A stretch of 64,000 bases of DNA from Chloroflexota bacterium (GCA_020161935.1 JAIUNI010000004.1:178927-242926), one strand, 5' to 3'. Numbered from the stretch's first letter, positions 22,201 to 31,364 are shown. Notes: a model not told the origin generated them from the letters alone. Numbers and translations: made by a program.

Positions 22201-22273
22201 GTGATGATGCGCCATCGAGCAAGCTGAAATATGAATGGGCGTGGAGTTCAACGTAACATGAAGGGTTAGTCAT
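19208..22273 (-). CDS. dnaE2: Error-prone DNA polymerase III alpha-like subunit (DnaE2/ImuC)
   Basis: PHP domain, QGRGSAANS, PDIDIDF, QVESRAQ, YSFPKSHAASFA, NNQPMGFW. Confidence 0.95.
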   Translation of the reverse strand: MTNPSCYVELHAHSYFSLLDGASSPDELVNRAQTLGMSLLALTDHDAVYGAPRFVQAAHKAGIRPILGAELTLDDYSHLTLLVKDEQGWQNLCALITAARHNAPKGEAVLSVGALEGHTGGLIALSGCRQGRIARALLKRDKAAALSAANDLLRLFGTTNFWVELQHHRLPDDNRLVAHLAALATHIGMGVAATNNVHYAAPDGHLLQDVLVCIRDNTTLDESNKLRPNSEYYLKSGNEIEALFAAYPQAVTNTLRIAEQCTFELQYGLQELPRFPTPCSLTADTYLHQLCIKRAMQLGFAIHTYEQIDYELRVIHNSGLSNYFLIVWDIVRYAREQGILCQGRGSAANSLVAYLLDISPINPLSHDLVFERFLSSERQVVPDIDIDFDAARREEVIQYVYQRYGLEHAAMASTFVTFRARSAIRDVGRSLGLPLDVLEHVTTSLDVHQSRNLHDSTSLKDALGGQIEMQTWQQIVQLAEQLDGFPRHLGIHNGGMVITEMPLAHRVPTEPATMTDRHVTQWDKEALEDIGMVKIDILGLRMLSAIAEAVSLISENSERVPDLSQLTFDDPAVYNMICTADTVGVFQVESRAQAQVLPRLNPRSFADLIICISLIRPGPVQGDMVHPYLRRRDGEEAINYLHPLLEDALKETLGVILFQEQCLKVAQSIAGFTAGQGELLRRALGAKNTGAAIDKFYNDFIAGAAAKGVETDVAETIFNRLRAFGGYSFPKSHAASFAVLVYHSAWLKCYHPAAFYTALLNNQPMGFWSPAILINDAQRHSIPIYPVDVNRSQYGCILEDKGIRLGFNYINGFGEETGKKLVEARGGAPFEHLKDFRQRVMLSRNLMENLIAAGAMDIWQQPRRNLIWQLATFQNDVKMLNLISASEAIALPVLSQAEKASMEYGITGLSTGSHPIVFYRLQLNQHGILSSLQFNQHPTGNKVCVAGLIVVHQAPPTAKGYRFITLEDEHGFINLIVKPKIYVEFRRIIRSASLLLAEGQVQRQGTVTNLIVERCMPFKGL

Positions 22274-22520
22274 AGATTGTTTGCAAATACCAACTATCCG
22301 TCAGGAGATCATGATAGATGACCACCAGCAGTCCTGTGGTGGTATGCAGCTTGAAGTAATCCCGCCAAATCCGCAGTCGCCACCAGCCAAAATCTACGCG
22401 CCATGTGTTGGTCACGCCCTTTACCGGATGTACGCGCCGTTGCCAGCGGAAATGCTTGGGCAGCGCACCATTCTGCAAGGCCACATCAATCAGGACACCG
22501 CCACCGAAAAGCCGTGTCAT
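22266..22520 (-). CDS. Small mutasome-associated protein (DUF6504-like)
   Basis: P..F.WQ.R..V....WR...GWW...RDYF...WYL..IYD; translationally coupled between imuB and dnaE2. Confidence 0.75.
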   Translation of the reverse strand: MTRLFGGGVLIDVALQNGALPKHFRWQRRVHPVKGVTNTWRVDFGWWRLRIWRDYFKLHTTTGLLVVIYHDLLTDSWYLQTIYD

Positions 22521-23701
22521 GCTGCCGCCACCGGTTCCAGATGAAAATGGAATTCGGGTAGTCGTGCTGCATGGGCATGAACTTCAACTTGATAGAAACA
22601 ATCCACACCATAACGTTCAGACAATCCCAGCATGATCGTATGGAGTGCTTCAACTTGAGGTTGATCAAAAAGCGAGAGTTGTCGTGGCACAAGGGGAGCG
22701 ATTTGGTTCAGGCGTAACCCAACTTCAATGATGCCACAATGCGGCCTCAGCCGTTCGGATACCTGCTGCACAAATCGGTAGAGGCTGCTGCTCGTACTCA
22801 AGGGTTCACGCGATACCCCGCTCGCTTCCAGTTCGGTATGATCGTCGAGATGCAGAGTCAGCAGAACTTCACGGCAGGCCATTTGCTGGTCGGCAAGTTG
22901 GAGCATGAGTTCAGCCGATAGACTTGCAAATACAGACTCCACTACGAACCGATCTTCTACAGCAGCATCGAATTGGCAAGTAGCAGTTTGTGTAATCGGA
23001 GGGATATATTTCGCTACTCTGCGTGTATCCTCACCGCACGATAAAAGATGTATCCGTTTACCGAGCGTCCCAAATTGTTCAATCAACGCTGCTCGTGGCA
23101 ACCCCGCAAGCTGTCCCATCTGGCGCAGCCCCAATAAATCCAACCGTCGCGCCGTCTCTGCATCCAGTGGCAAATAGGTGACAGGGCAGCCAACCAGATA
23201 CGCTGCTTCCTCGCCCTTACGAACCAGTTGTGTGCTACCCGTTTGCATACGTTTGGCAACGACAGAAGCTACAAATTTATTGGAAGCCAATCCAATGGAT
23301 GCTTGAAACCCTTTTTCAGCCAAGCGCTGAATGATTTGTCTGGCAATCTGCTGACCATCGTATGGGGTTAACTTGCCGATGTCAGTATACACAGTTGCCG
23401 ACTGTGCCGCATGACGTTCGGCCTCGACCCACTGGCTGTACTCGCTCAGAGTCTCCAACACACCTTCAACCGCGCGTCGTGTTTGACCGGGTGATGCCAA
23501 CAGCACCTCGGCTTCAGGGCAAAGTGCGCGGGCGTGGCTAAGAGCCAGTCCCGGCTTCACGCCCATATCTGAAGCTGTCTCACAGGCAGCATACACCTTG
23601 CCCCGTCCACCTTTATAGCGTGCCATAATCATGGGTTTAGAATCCTGCGCCGACCGCATTACATGGGCGGCGAAGTAGGGAATAGAGATACAGGCGATCA
23701 T
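22517..23701 (-). CDS. imuB: ImuB-like inactive Y-family polymerase
   Basis: IMS-like N-terminus (GVKPG..A.ALCP), SIGLASNKFVA, QLSLF clamp-binding motif. Confidence 0.88.
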   Translation of the reverse strand: MIACISIPYFAAHVMRSAQDSKPMIMARYKGGRGKVYAACETASDMGVKPGLALSHARALCPEAEVLLASPGQTRRAVEGVLETLSEYSQWVEAERHAAQSATVYTDIGKLTPYDGQQIARQIIQRLAEKGFQASIGLASNKFVASVVAKRMQTGSTQLVRKGEEAAYLVGCPVTYLPLDAETARRLDLLGLRQMGQLAGLPRAALIEQFGTLGKRIHLLSCGEDTRRVAKYIPPITQTATCQFDAAVEDRFVVESVFASLSAELMLQLADQQMACREVLLTLHLDDHTELEASGVSREPLSTSSSLYRFVQQVSERLRPHCGIIEVGLRLNQIAPLVPRQLSLFDQPQVEALHTIMLGLSERYGVDCFYQVEVHAHAARLPEFHFHLEPVAAA

Positions 23702-24414
23702 GGTATCTCTCCCTCAAACCCGTTATCAAAGTCGATGTCGATCAGCACTTGCTGACCGGATGAAGGATGTCGTCCCAGAACCGTTATACACGTTTGGTAG
23801 CCACGAATATCCTGATAGCGCGTCAGCCATTCCTTGCGCTCGATATACAAGCGTATGGCTGCGGGTGTACCATTTAGAACTCCCTGCGGTTTCGCCCCGT
23901 CCACCAACGCGACCAGCAGCACCACTACGCAGCCCGAACGGGCTAAGACTCCGGCCAAACGTCGCAGACGGTGAAGATGGGGGAGTGTTTGACCCAGATC
24001 AAGCACGATTACACTCACATGGCCTTCCTGCAACAAATCACGGACGATATCAAGGGCTTGCACTTCAGTCTCCGGTCGGGCTAAAAACAGACGGCGCAGA
24101 TCTATCCCACACCCGACTGCGTAATCTGGGCTGAAAGTTGAGTCTAGATCAACATAAATGGCATACTGACCTTGCTGTTGGGCAGCCGCCATAATGCGAT
24201 AGGCCAATGTTGTCATACCTGACGTTGGTCTACCGAGTAATTCCGTTGTCTGACCGTGCGGGATGCCCCCAATTAGCGCATCGAGATGTGCAAACCCCGT
24301 TGAGATGTACTGTTGCGTTTGCTGAATACTGCCTTGACGAATAGCATTCGCCCCCCATTTTTTCTGTATCGTAGCAATAACCGCGTGCAGGTTGTGTTGC
24401 GTTGTGGTATTCAA
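23698..24414 (-). CDS. imuA: RecA-like ImuA protein
   Basis: ISTGF..LD..IGGIP.G..TEL, degenerate Walker A GRPTSGMTT; truncated relative to RecA. Confidence 0.82.
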   Translation of the reverse strand: MNTTTQHNLHAVIATIQKKWGANAIRQGSIQQTQQYISTGFAHLDALIGGIPHGQTTELLGRPTSGMTTLAYRIMAAAQQQGQYAIYVDLDSTFSPDYAVGCGIDLRRLFLARPETEVQALDIVRDLLQEGHVSVIVLDLGQTLPHLHRLRRLAGVLARSGCVVVLLVALVDGAKPQGVLNGTPAAIRLYIERKEWLTRYQDIRGYQTCITVLGRHPSSGQQVLIDIDFDNGFEGEIP

Positions 24415-24476
24415 AGAAACCTCTGTAATACTGTCCGTAAGTAAGTGTTTGTTTTTTGTTATGCGAAAGGCAGTCT

Positions 24477-24559
24477 AGCACAGAAGTTCGCCAATAGGGT
24501 GACATTATGTTTTAGAAATGGTATGAAGTTGGTTTGAATTTGGATAGAACTTTTGTTTT
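24477..24559. promoter_or_regulatory. Two LexA (GAAC-N4-GTTC-type) SOS boxes upstream of imuA
   Basis: GCAC-AGAA-GTTC (24478-24489) and GAAC-TTTT-GTTT (24547-24558). Confidence 0.65.
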
Positions 24560-25000
24560 TAAGGAGGATGATGAGAAGTCGATGCTACAAGGCTGGATCA
24601 ACCATGGGTGCTATCAGCATACATGGGCTTACACTTCATACTTTTGACAAACACTCGATCAAGCTGCATCATACTGATCATCAAAGAAAGAGTCGGCTTG
24701 TAGGGTTTTGTTTTCGCCACTGCTATAATCGTCCACAGTCATAGAATGCTTATAGTCACTCTATCACCCCATTCAAATAGATTATCCAAAATGTCAAAAG
24801 CTTTGCACTTGGCACCACCCTCGGCTGTTGGCTTAAGCTTGATTCGCTATTGTTCCAGCCATTCTCCCCACAGATACCGGTGCGCTTCTTGACCAGCTTG
24901 TACTGCCCACTCCCATTCAATTGGCACAGTTCAGTCGATTTTGATATCTCTCCGTTATTCCAAATCCCTAACTGAAAATACATCCTTCAATGAACTAGGC

Positions 25001-25852
25001 TCAAGAAATATTAGGAAGAAGCGAGGAAGACAAAAAATCTACTAACAGATACCAAAATACAATTACCCAAAATACCCACGCAAATAAGGCGGGGATAATG
25101 AGCAAAACTATCCCTAAAGCCAGTGTGATCGCCGTAAAAACTATGATTAAGATGCTGTTGACGACCAGAAAGCGTGTAAGTTTAGGTTTCTGTCGCAATA
25201 ACTTGACAGTACCGGCAATATCGAATAATCCTTTATTTTCAATAGCGTAACGTACTCCACTTACATGAAGAACTATAAATATCAGAAAAACAAGGAAGCC
25301 CAGTAATGTGGACAAAATAATGCCCACAGCATTTAATTGGAGCGGTGCGCCGGGAGAAAATTGAACACTGCTGATACTTGCCGCCATAGAGACAATTACG
25401 AGCAGCGGTACAAGACCCACCACACCCATAATTATATTCTTCACCCATTTATTTTGTGTGCGCAAGCGTCCGGCTAGAGCAGAAATACTCAGGGTTAGCC
25501 CAATCGGGATTACCACACGAATAAGTGCCGCCGCGCTGCCGGTCGGGTTGCCTTGATCGGTACCAGCGATGAGAATGGTGGGTATAAGCGCCAACAGTGG
25601 AACCAGATACAACAACCCTGTTAGAACAAACAGCCCCCCATCGCGGAAGGCTTTTATGGGACGAAGACGCGGCAAGTCATTTTGGCCCGTGTAGACCGTT
25701 CGAGCCACTTCCATGCCATAACCGATTAAAATCATCTGACCGACAACCGGAATGAATTGCAGCAATGCTAAGGGGAGGATTCGTTTAAACCATCCCGTTT
25801 GACCCAGTGGGTAGCGGAGCGCCTGTATAAAACTTACCATAGTGGGTGTCAA
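25001..25852 (-). CDS. DUF4013-like integral membrane protein
   Basis: ALRYP...W....IPVVG..ILIGY...LP N-terminal pattern; multiple TM helices. Confidence 0.75.
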   Translation of the reverse strand: MTPTMVSFIQALRYPLGQTGWFKRILPLALLQFIPVVGQMILIGYGMEVARTVYTGQNDLPRLRPIKAFRDGGLFVLTGLLYLVPLLALIPTILIAGTDQGNPTGSAAALIRVVIPIGLTLSISALAGRLRTQNKWVKNIIMGVVGLVPLLVIVSMAASISSVQFSPGAPLQLNAVGIILSTLLGFLVFLIFIVLHVSGVRYAIENKGLFDIAGTVKLLRQKPKLTRFLVVNSILIIVFTAITLALGIVLLIIPALFAWVFWVIVFWYLLVDFLSSSLLPNIS

Positions 25853-27159
25853 TCTCCTGAGATTGAAATAGTCGTGGCGGTAGAAGGTTGGGCTACCCCT
25901 AAGGATTGACCGAATTGTCTAATGAGTGAAACAGCCTTGCCGACGCCATTTTCAGCCCGAATAGCTTGCCCTAAGTCAGCGGCTCTTTGCCTCATACTGG
26001 TATCAGAAATAGCCTCGTTGATGGCGGCGGTTAACTTCTCAAGCGTGAGCTTCTTGTGAGGAATCGGTTTTGTGCCAACGCCTAAATCAGCAACGCGTTT
26101 CCCCCAGTAGGGTTGATCGCCCATAAATGGGATAATGATGGATGGAATGCCAGCACCCAATCCAGCGGATGTCGTTCCGGCACCGCCATGATGCACGACT
26201 GCGGCCATACGTGGAAATAACCAACTATGGGGTATGGATGAAACCGCATAGACTGTATCCGGCAACTGTGATGTTTTTAAGCCACCCCAACCAGAGGCGA
26301 TGATTCCGCGCTGACCGGAGCGTTCTAAAGCGCCGATAGCTACTTTGCCAGCTTCTTCCGGGTTGGTACTGAGCATACTTCCAAAGCCGATATAAACAGG
26401 TGGTTTTCCCCGATTTAAAAAATCGACCAGATCGGTTGGTGGTGTCCAGCCATCGGGGGCATCAAGATACCAATAGCCTGTTACGAGATGGTTATCAGGC
26501 CAATCGTGTGGCTGCGGCAGCACATGAGGGCTGAAACCATATATGGCAGGTACATGACGGCGCTGAAGCGACGCATACGGTCCCCAAAAGGAGCCTTTTC
26601 CCATGCCGACCGCTTGCCGGATGGCGGTATCACTCGGTTTCACATTCTGCCAAAACATCTGGCGCAAGACATGAAAAGACAACCGGTTAAGCACAACACC
26701 CAGCGGCAGATTGGGTACAAGCGGAGCCGGAAACTCCGATGTGGGTGTAAAGGGGAATACATAGGCTTGAACAGTGGGAATATGCATCGTCTCGGCCAAG
26801 TCATAAATACCACCGATGCCACCCATACCGGTTATCAGTAGATCACTGCCTTTGAGTAAATTCGGTATGATTCTGGCACTCTTCGCCGCATGGCGTTTCA
26901 TCTCGCTTTGCATTTTCGCAAGAATCTTTAGGAAGTTGCCGCTTTCAATGGTTTTACGCCATTCTTCAGTCTGAGTGATCGCTTCGATATTTTCGCCGAT
27001 TGAGTCAAAATCGAGTCCAGATTCGGTCACAAGCGACTCAAAATTTTCGTTAGCCAAAATCCGCACCTTATAACCTGCTTGCTGTAACCCATGCCCTAGT
27101 GCGACATAAGGCTGTACATCTCCACGTGATCCAGCCGTGACAATTGAAACATTAACCAT
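25849..27159 (-). CDS. GT1-family glycosyltransferase (sterol-glucosyltransferase-like)
   Basis: GSRGDVQPY, PVYIGFGS, PHSWLFPR..AVVHHGGAGTT, PFMGDQPYWG. Confidence 0.92.
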   Translation of the reverse strand: MVNVSIVTAGSRGDVQPYVALGHGLQQAGYKVRILANENFESLVTESGLDFDSIGENIEAITQTEEWRKTIESGNFLKILAKMQSEMKRHAAKSARIIPNLLKGSDLLITGMGGIGGIYDLAETMHIPTVQAYVFPFTPTSEFPAPLVPNLPLGVVLNRLSFHVLRQMFWQNVKPSDTAIRQAVGMGKGSFWGPYASLQRRHVPAIYGFSPHVLPQPHDWPDNHLVTGYWYLDAPDGWTPPTDLVDFLNRGKPPVYIGFGSMLSTNPEEAGKVAIGALERSGQRGIIASGWGGLKTSQLPDTVYAVSSIPHSWLFPRMAAVVHHGGAGTTSAGLGAGIPSIIIPFMGDQPYWGKRVADLGVGTKPIPHKKLTLEKLTAAINEAISDTSMRQRAADLGQAIRAENGVGKAVSLIRQFGQSLGVAQPSTATTISISGD

Positions 27160-27195
27160 GCTGCGACCTTCTTCCTATGATTGTTTGAACGGTTA

Positions 27196-27807
27196 TTACA
27201 GATTGAGGTTGAGTGCATTAAGAACAAAATCGGTGAGGACATCAGGAAGTTCGTCCCAATGTTCCACGAGCGTGGAGTCACCCATGATATATTCAATGAC
27301 CAGACCCATCATCATGCTCGACACGGCGCGAATAGTCAGACTGGCTTGCAAAGGGGTTACCCCTTTTTTGACCAGTTCAATGCCAATGGTGGCTTCAGCC
27401 ACGGCCAAGGTCGGTTCTAAAATCTGCTGGTTATAAGCAAGACGCAGTTCTTCATTGACCATCATTTCGGATACTACAATCCGAAACAGGGCAAAGTTAT
27501 CTTGTTTGAGAGCCATCAGGGGCTGATACAAAAAACCCCGCAGCAAACCCCGAAAGTCGCTGCCATCGGGCATGATGGGCATATTTTCTTGAATAACCGT
27601 GTCTTTCATGCGTTGGAAGATACCGAGTAGTAAGGCTGTTTTGGTGTCGAAGTAGTTATAGATGGTGCCTTCTGAGATGCCAGCTTGTTTGGCAATATCT
27701 TTGGTGGTCGTGGGATGAAAGCCTTTTTTGGCAAAGACAACGGCTGCGGCTTCTAATATCTGGTTTTTTCTCGCATCAACCAATAGTTGTTGTAGAACGT
27801 CAGGCAT
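27196..27807 (-). CDS. TetR/AcrR-family regulator
   Basis: ILEAA..VF..KGF..TT..DIA..AGISEGTIYNYF..K. Confidence 0.95.
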   Translation of the reverse strand: MPDVLQQLLVDARKNQILEAAAVVFAKKGFHPTTTKDIAKQAGISEGTIYNYFDTKTALLLGIFQRMKDTVIQENMPIMPDGSDFRGLLRGFLYQPLMALKQDNFALFRIVVSEMMVNEELRLAYNQQILEPTLAVAEATIGIELVKKGVTPLQASLTIRAVSSMMMGLVIEYIMGDSTLVEHWDELPDVLTDFVLNALNLNL

Positions 27808-27850
27808 GATTCATTTCCCGTTAGAAGTTATTTAGAAATTTACATCATTA

Positions 27851-27884
27851 TGAGTGATTACTCACTATGTTGAGTGCATACTCA
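27851..27884. promoter_or_regulatory. Tandem TetR-type operators
   Basis: TGAGT-GATT-ACTCA and TGAGT-GCAT-ACTCA, 20-bp period, just upstream of tetR. Confidence 0.75.
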
Positions 27885-28224
27885 CTCATTGTCGTCAGTA
27901 TAAAAGAAATAGCCCTAATTCGCAAATAATTCTCTTCTTTATCCATTTAAGAGGATGATGAAATAAATTTTGACCAAATTAAAAACAAGACAATTTCTAG
28001 TCAAAAAAAATGGGTTGCCAACAAAAGCTTGTTTTTAACTTTATCTAAAAATACGGGTGCAATATTCATTAATTTACATAAGTCAGTAACTACCAAATTG
28101 ATTGCAAATTTGATGAACTATTTTAGGTGTAGTTACGCATAATCGATCAGTATTTGTTTATCGTTTGCCGCATTTAATGGCGAACCATCCACAATCACCT
28201 TTCTATCTAAACCATTTGCTTTGG

Positions 28225-28397
28225 TGCAACTTTTAACCCGCAGGATAGCACGCCACCCCACCGTTCATACCCGCAAGCGGGCACGGCTATGGTTTTGCTC
28301 GGGCTTGTGCCGCCTTCGGCTCATAGCAAAACCATGCCGCCCGTTGGGTGAAGATGGGCGACCCCGGCGTGCTATGTTGACCTGCGTAAAAGTTGCA
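28225..28397 (+). other. Long nested hairpin/multibranch element, copy 1 (ssDNA origin/promoter-like or structured RNA)
   Basis: Nested IRs TGCAACTTTTA/TAAAAGTTGCA, ATAGCACGCC/GGCGTGCTAT, ATGGTTTTGCT/AGCAAAACCAT; same architecture as 42283-42530. Confidence 0.7.
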
Positions 28398-28410
28398 GAT
28401 TACCAAATGC

Positions 28411-28790
28411 ATAAGTGGTTATCGATCAGACGGATGTGCTGTGAAGGCTGCGCTCGCTCGAAAGGGCAGCGCTGTAAACACTGCCCAACGCCGATGTGCG
28501 TTGACGGTCTCCTATAGATGATCGCGCTGTCCACGTTATGCCAAACGCTCCCGATCCTGTGATGTGGGATCAGCTTCTCTGTTGGAGCAGAGAGGCTGGT
28601 TTTGCCAAGCTGCACGCGGGCAATCGGAGCGCAGATCGTCGTGGATGCGACAGCGAAAACGAAAAGCTGTCGACTGGAACGGCCAACGTCTCGTGGTCAT
28701 CGAAAGATGCCGGGGCGCATTCAGGCGGCAACCTGCGCGGATGAGTGCTTATCGACCTCACAGTCATCAAGGCTGTGGGGTCGTTATATT
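28411..28790 (+). ncRNA. Candidate large structured RNA/leader ending in a terminator-like hairpin
   Basis: Closing stem 28411-28423/28740-28752 with G-U pairs, ~8 internal hairpins including GAAA tetraloops, final stem 28753-28783 followed by a U-rich tail. Confidence 0.5.
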
Positions 28791-28819
28791 TCATATTTTC
28801 ATAGTCAGGAGTGATGTCT

Positions 28820-29224
28820 ATGGCTGAAACAAAGCAGCAAATATGCGCTGTTGGAACGGCACGAATTGGGTATCGAGGTCATGTCGGGCAGCGCGTGTTG
28901 GACACAACCGTCAAAAGTGCGACCGGATTGGGTGCTGTATTCGCCCCCACATGGTCAATGGTGATGGATTGGAAATGGGGCAAGTCGGATTGGGGTATTT
29001 ATACCCAACATTACACAAGCCTCATGCGTGAACGGTATCACGCGAATCAGGTGGCGTTTCTGGAAGCGCTGCAAAGCAACGAATTGATTGTCTGCTGCTA
29101 TTGCAATGACACTCATAGCAGCACGCAACACTGCCATCGTTATTTATTGGTTGATATTCTGCATAAGGTCGCGGATCGGCATCAAATTGGCTTCAAGACG
29201 CTCAGCGAAGTCTATAACCGCTGA
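28820..29224 (+). CDS. DUF488-like protein
   Basis: FAPTW.MV...Y...Y, CCYC...HCHR.LL motifs; AGGAG RBS. Confidence 0.7.
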   Translation: MAETKQQICAVGTARIGYRGHVGQRVLDTTVKSATGLGAVFAPTWSMVMDWKWGKSDWGIYTQHYTSLMRERYHANQVAFLEALQSNELIVCCYCNDTHSSTQHCHRYLLVDILHKVADRHQIGFKTLSEVYNR

Positions 29225-29284
29225 TAAAAATTCCATTCTTTCTAAATCTCTATAACACAACAACTTATTTGAAGTGAGGTCGCT

Positions 29285-29740
29285 ATGAAACCCATCACTC
29301 ATCTCATGATTGCCGGCAGTCGCTACTCGAACTACGAAGCACTGAATTATGCTCGTCGTGTGGTGCAACGCGCACATCAATTGGGCTACACGATTGTGGT
29401 TGGTGATAACCCGAAAGGCGTGGATATGACTGTGGTACAAGAGTGTCGTCGGCTGAAAGCGAAAGTGCTGGTGGTCGGCATCACCAACTTTCCGCGCAAT
29501 GGAGGATGCTCACATGGCAGCTATGTCAAGGTCGAGCGCGACACCTATCGCGCCGCAGGTGGCTATCTGTTGGATCGTTATCACACGCGAGACCGTTGGA
29601 TGGTGGACAACGCGACTCTCGGCCTGTTCATCTGGAATGGCAATAGTCAAGGTACGAAAACTGGATATGACTACATGCTGAGCCGCCACAAAGAAGCGCA
29701 TCTCATCACTTTTAGATTTAAGGAGGCTTGTCATGGCTGA
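29285..29740 (+). CDS. SLOG-superfamily (YspA/DUF2493-like) protein
   Basis: IAGSR, VVGD..GVD, RD.WMV, WNG.S.GT. Confidence 0.75.
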   Translation: MKPITHLMIAGSRYSNYEALNYARRVVQRAHQLGYTIVVGDNPKGVDMTVVQECRRLKAKVLVVGITNFPRNGGCSHGSYVKVERDTYRAAGGYLLDRYHTRDRWMVDNATLGLFIWNGNSQGTKTGYDYMLSRHKEAHLITFRFKEACHG

Positions 29741-31364
29741 AAGCCAGCTTCTCGCAGTTCACACTTATGGTTCACAACGGGTGAAAAACCCTCGAACGAA
29801 AACGATTGTGAGCGCCTACAAAATCGGATATTCCAGTGCTGCCTGTGAAACTTTGTTGACGCTCTACGGAGCAAAAGCGCGAGATGTTTCATCGGCTCAA
29901 GCCTCTTACCATTATGTTCAAATTGACGGCGATACTTCAGTAAGACATGGCTATCTGTTGCTGAACGTGAGTGCTGACGAATTGGCACAAATGGAAACTG
30001 TCACACGCCGCTATCATCGGGCGGCAGTATTTCTCTGGCGGGAAAGCAAATGGTGGGAATTCCCCAACAGCGGAAGCGCTGATTATATTCAACCTACACC
30101 CTATTCCGGTCCGAACTTCGATCCATCCGGCTATCGTCCAGTTTCGCCTGTCACTGGCGAGAAAGAAGCGGCAGTAGAAGGTATCTATGTTGAGAAAAGC
30201 CAGCGCAGTGCAGATGAAAAACCATGGTATTGGCTACTCGGTAACACTTATCCCCAGCGTGAAATGCTTAAACGTTACGGCGCACGATTCAGCAGTAAAC
30301 GTCGCTGTTGGTATTATGTGGGTTGGGAACTTCCCGATGGTATTCAGCGTCTCATTACCGAAAATTTACCCATTGAACGGGAATCAATACCTCAGCTTGA
30401 GGAGGATGCACCCTGCTCAGATGAGGAAGCCGAACGTATTTTGGGTAGCCATCTCATGCCTCAATCGTCTTGCATTACCCCTGATGAATTGTCTACCCAG
30501 ACAAGTGGAACGCAAGCACAGGGCGAAGTTGAGCTTAGTCACACAGATGAGATAAGTATTGAAGGTTTGTCAGACGGTATCTATGTGTCATTAGAAGCCG
30601 CTCCAAATGACATACCGGATACCACTATTGAGGCTCAGCACATTCGAGTATATAAACCGCAATCTTTTCCCCAAGACGGCAAACCACGCGATGAGGTACA
30701 AAACGCGATTGAACAGGCAAAGACCCAACATCTGACTGTCTCAAACACCTTGATATCCTCTCAGAAACGCACATTAGCGACCATCGGACAATCCTATGTT
30801 GGTGAAATGACGGGCAACATCACGGGCAATGTCTACTGCTACGGCTATGGCATCCACGATGGCATTTGTGTCTATGTCAATATGGGAGGGCCGCGCATGG
30901 CAGTCGAGGCGATACGAGCAAAGTTCAGCAAAGGGGAAATTGTCAACTGTGTCCCGTGGGATGCACCTGCCATTGAACTCACCGCAGGCGAAGGTAACAG
31001 CGGTATGTATCACGACTACTTTCAGAATATCCCCGAAGCGAAGTTCACCTCGCTCATTCTGTGCCATGATCTGCTAGTCAATCCCAACTATGGTGGCAAG
31101 TCCACCACCTTCATCTTTCGCATCGATGAGGCACAGGCTGCTGCCAAGCTCAAACATCATGTCACTGAACTGGTCAAAGTTCCCGTGTTCGATGAGTGGG
31201 CAGGCTACCTGTATCACGTTGGACAGACTGCGATGCTCGTTCGTCTGACCCGTTCCGCTGGCGACATTGATTTGCTCACTGTGACGCTGGACATTGATGC
31301 TTGGACACGCCTTATTACAGGCGGCATCGAACAAGGGGTTATCGTTTTCCCCAAAGCGACCTAA
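29733..31364 (+). CDS. Multidomain hypothetical protein
   Basis: 543-aa ORF with AAGGAGG RBS; compact WYWLLGNTYP..E.LK..GARF..K..WYY module, acidic linker, C-terminal globular domain. Confidence 0.75.
   Translation: MAESQLLAVHTYGSQRVKNPRTKTIVSAYKIGYSSAACETLLTLYGAKARDVSSAQASYHYVQIDGDTSVRHGYLLLNVSADELAQMETVTRRYHRAAVFLWRESKWWEFPNSGSADYIQPTPYSGPNFDPSGYRPVSPVTGEKEAAVEGIYVEKSQRSADEKPWYWLLGNTYPQREMLKRYGARFSSKRRCWYYVGWELPDGIQRLITENLPIERESIPQLEEDAPCSDEEAERILGSHLMPQSSCITPDELSTQTSGTQAQGEVELSHTDEISIEGLSDGIYVSLEAAPNDIPDTTIEAQHIRVYKPQSFPQDGKPRDEVQNAIEQAKTQHLTVSNTLISSQKRTLATIGQSYVGEMTGNITGNVYCYGYGIHDGICVYVNMGGPRMAVEAIRAKFSKGEIVNCVPWDAPAIELTAGEGNSGMYHDYFQNIPEAKFTSLILCHDLLVNPNYGGKSTTFIFRIDEAQAAAKLKHHVTELVKVPVFDEWAGYLYHVGQTAMLVRLTRSAGDIDLLTVTLDIDAWTRLITGGIEQGVIVFPKAT

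Noticed and set aside
23698-24414. Call as recA
   Set aside because: Too short, Walker A lysine is lost, and it heads an imuB-dnaE2 operon, so ImuA fits better.
28240-28248. CTATCCTGC on the minus strand, matching the MOB-P nic core
   Set aside because: A 9-mer can occur by chance in 64 kb, it is 25 kb from the relaxase, and it is absent from the second copy of the element.
28221-28827. Several overlapping short ORFs on both strands
   Set aside because: GC-rich palindromic sequence explains the open frames; no RBS or protein motifs.
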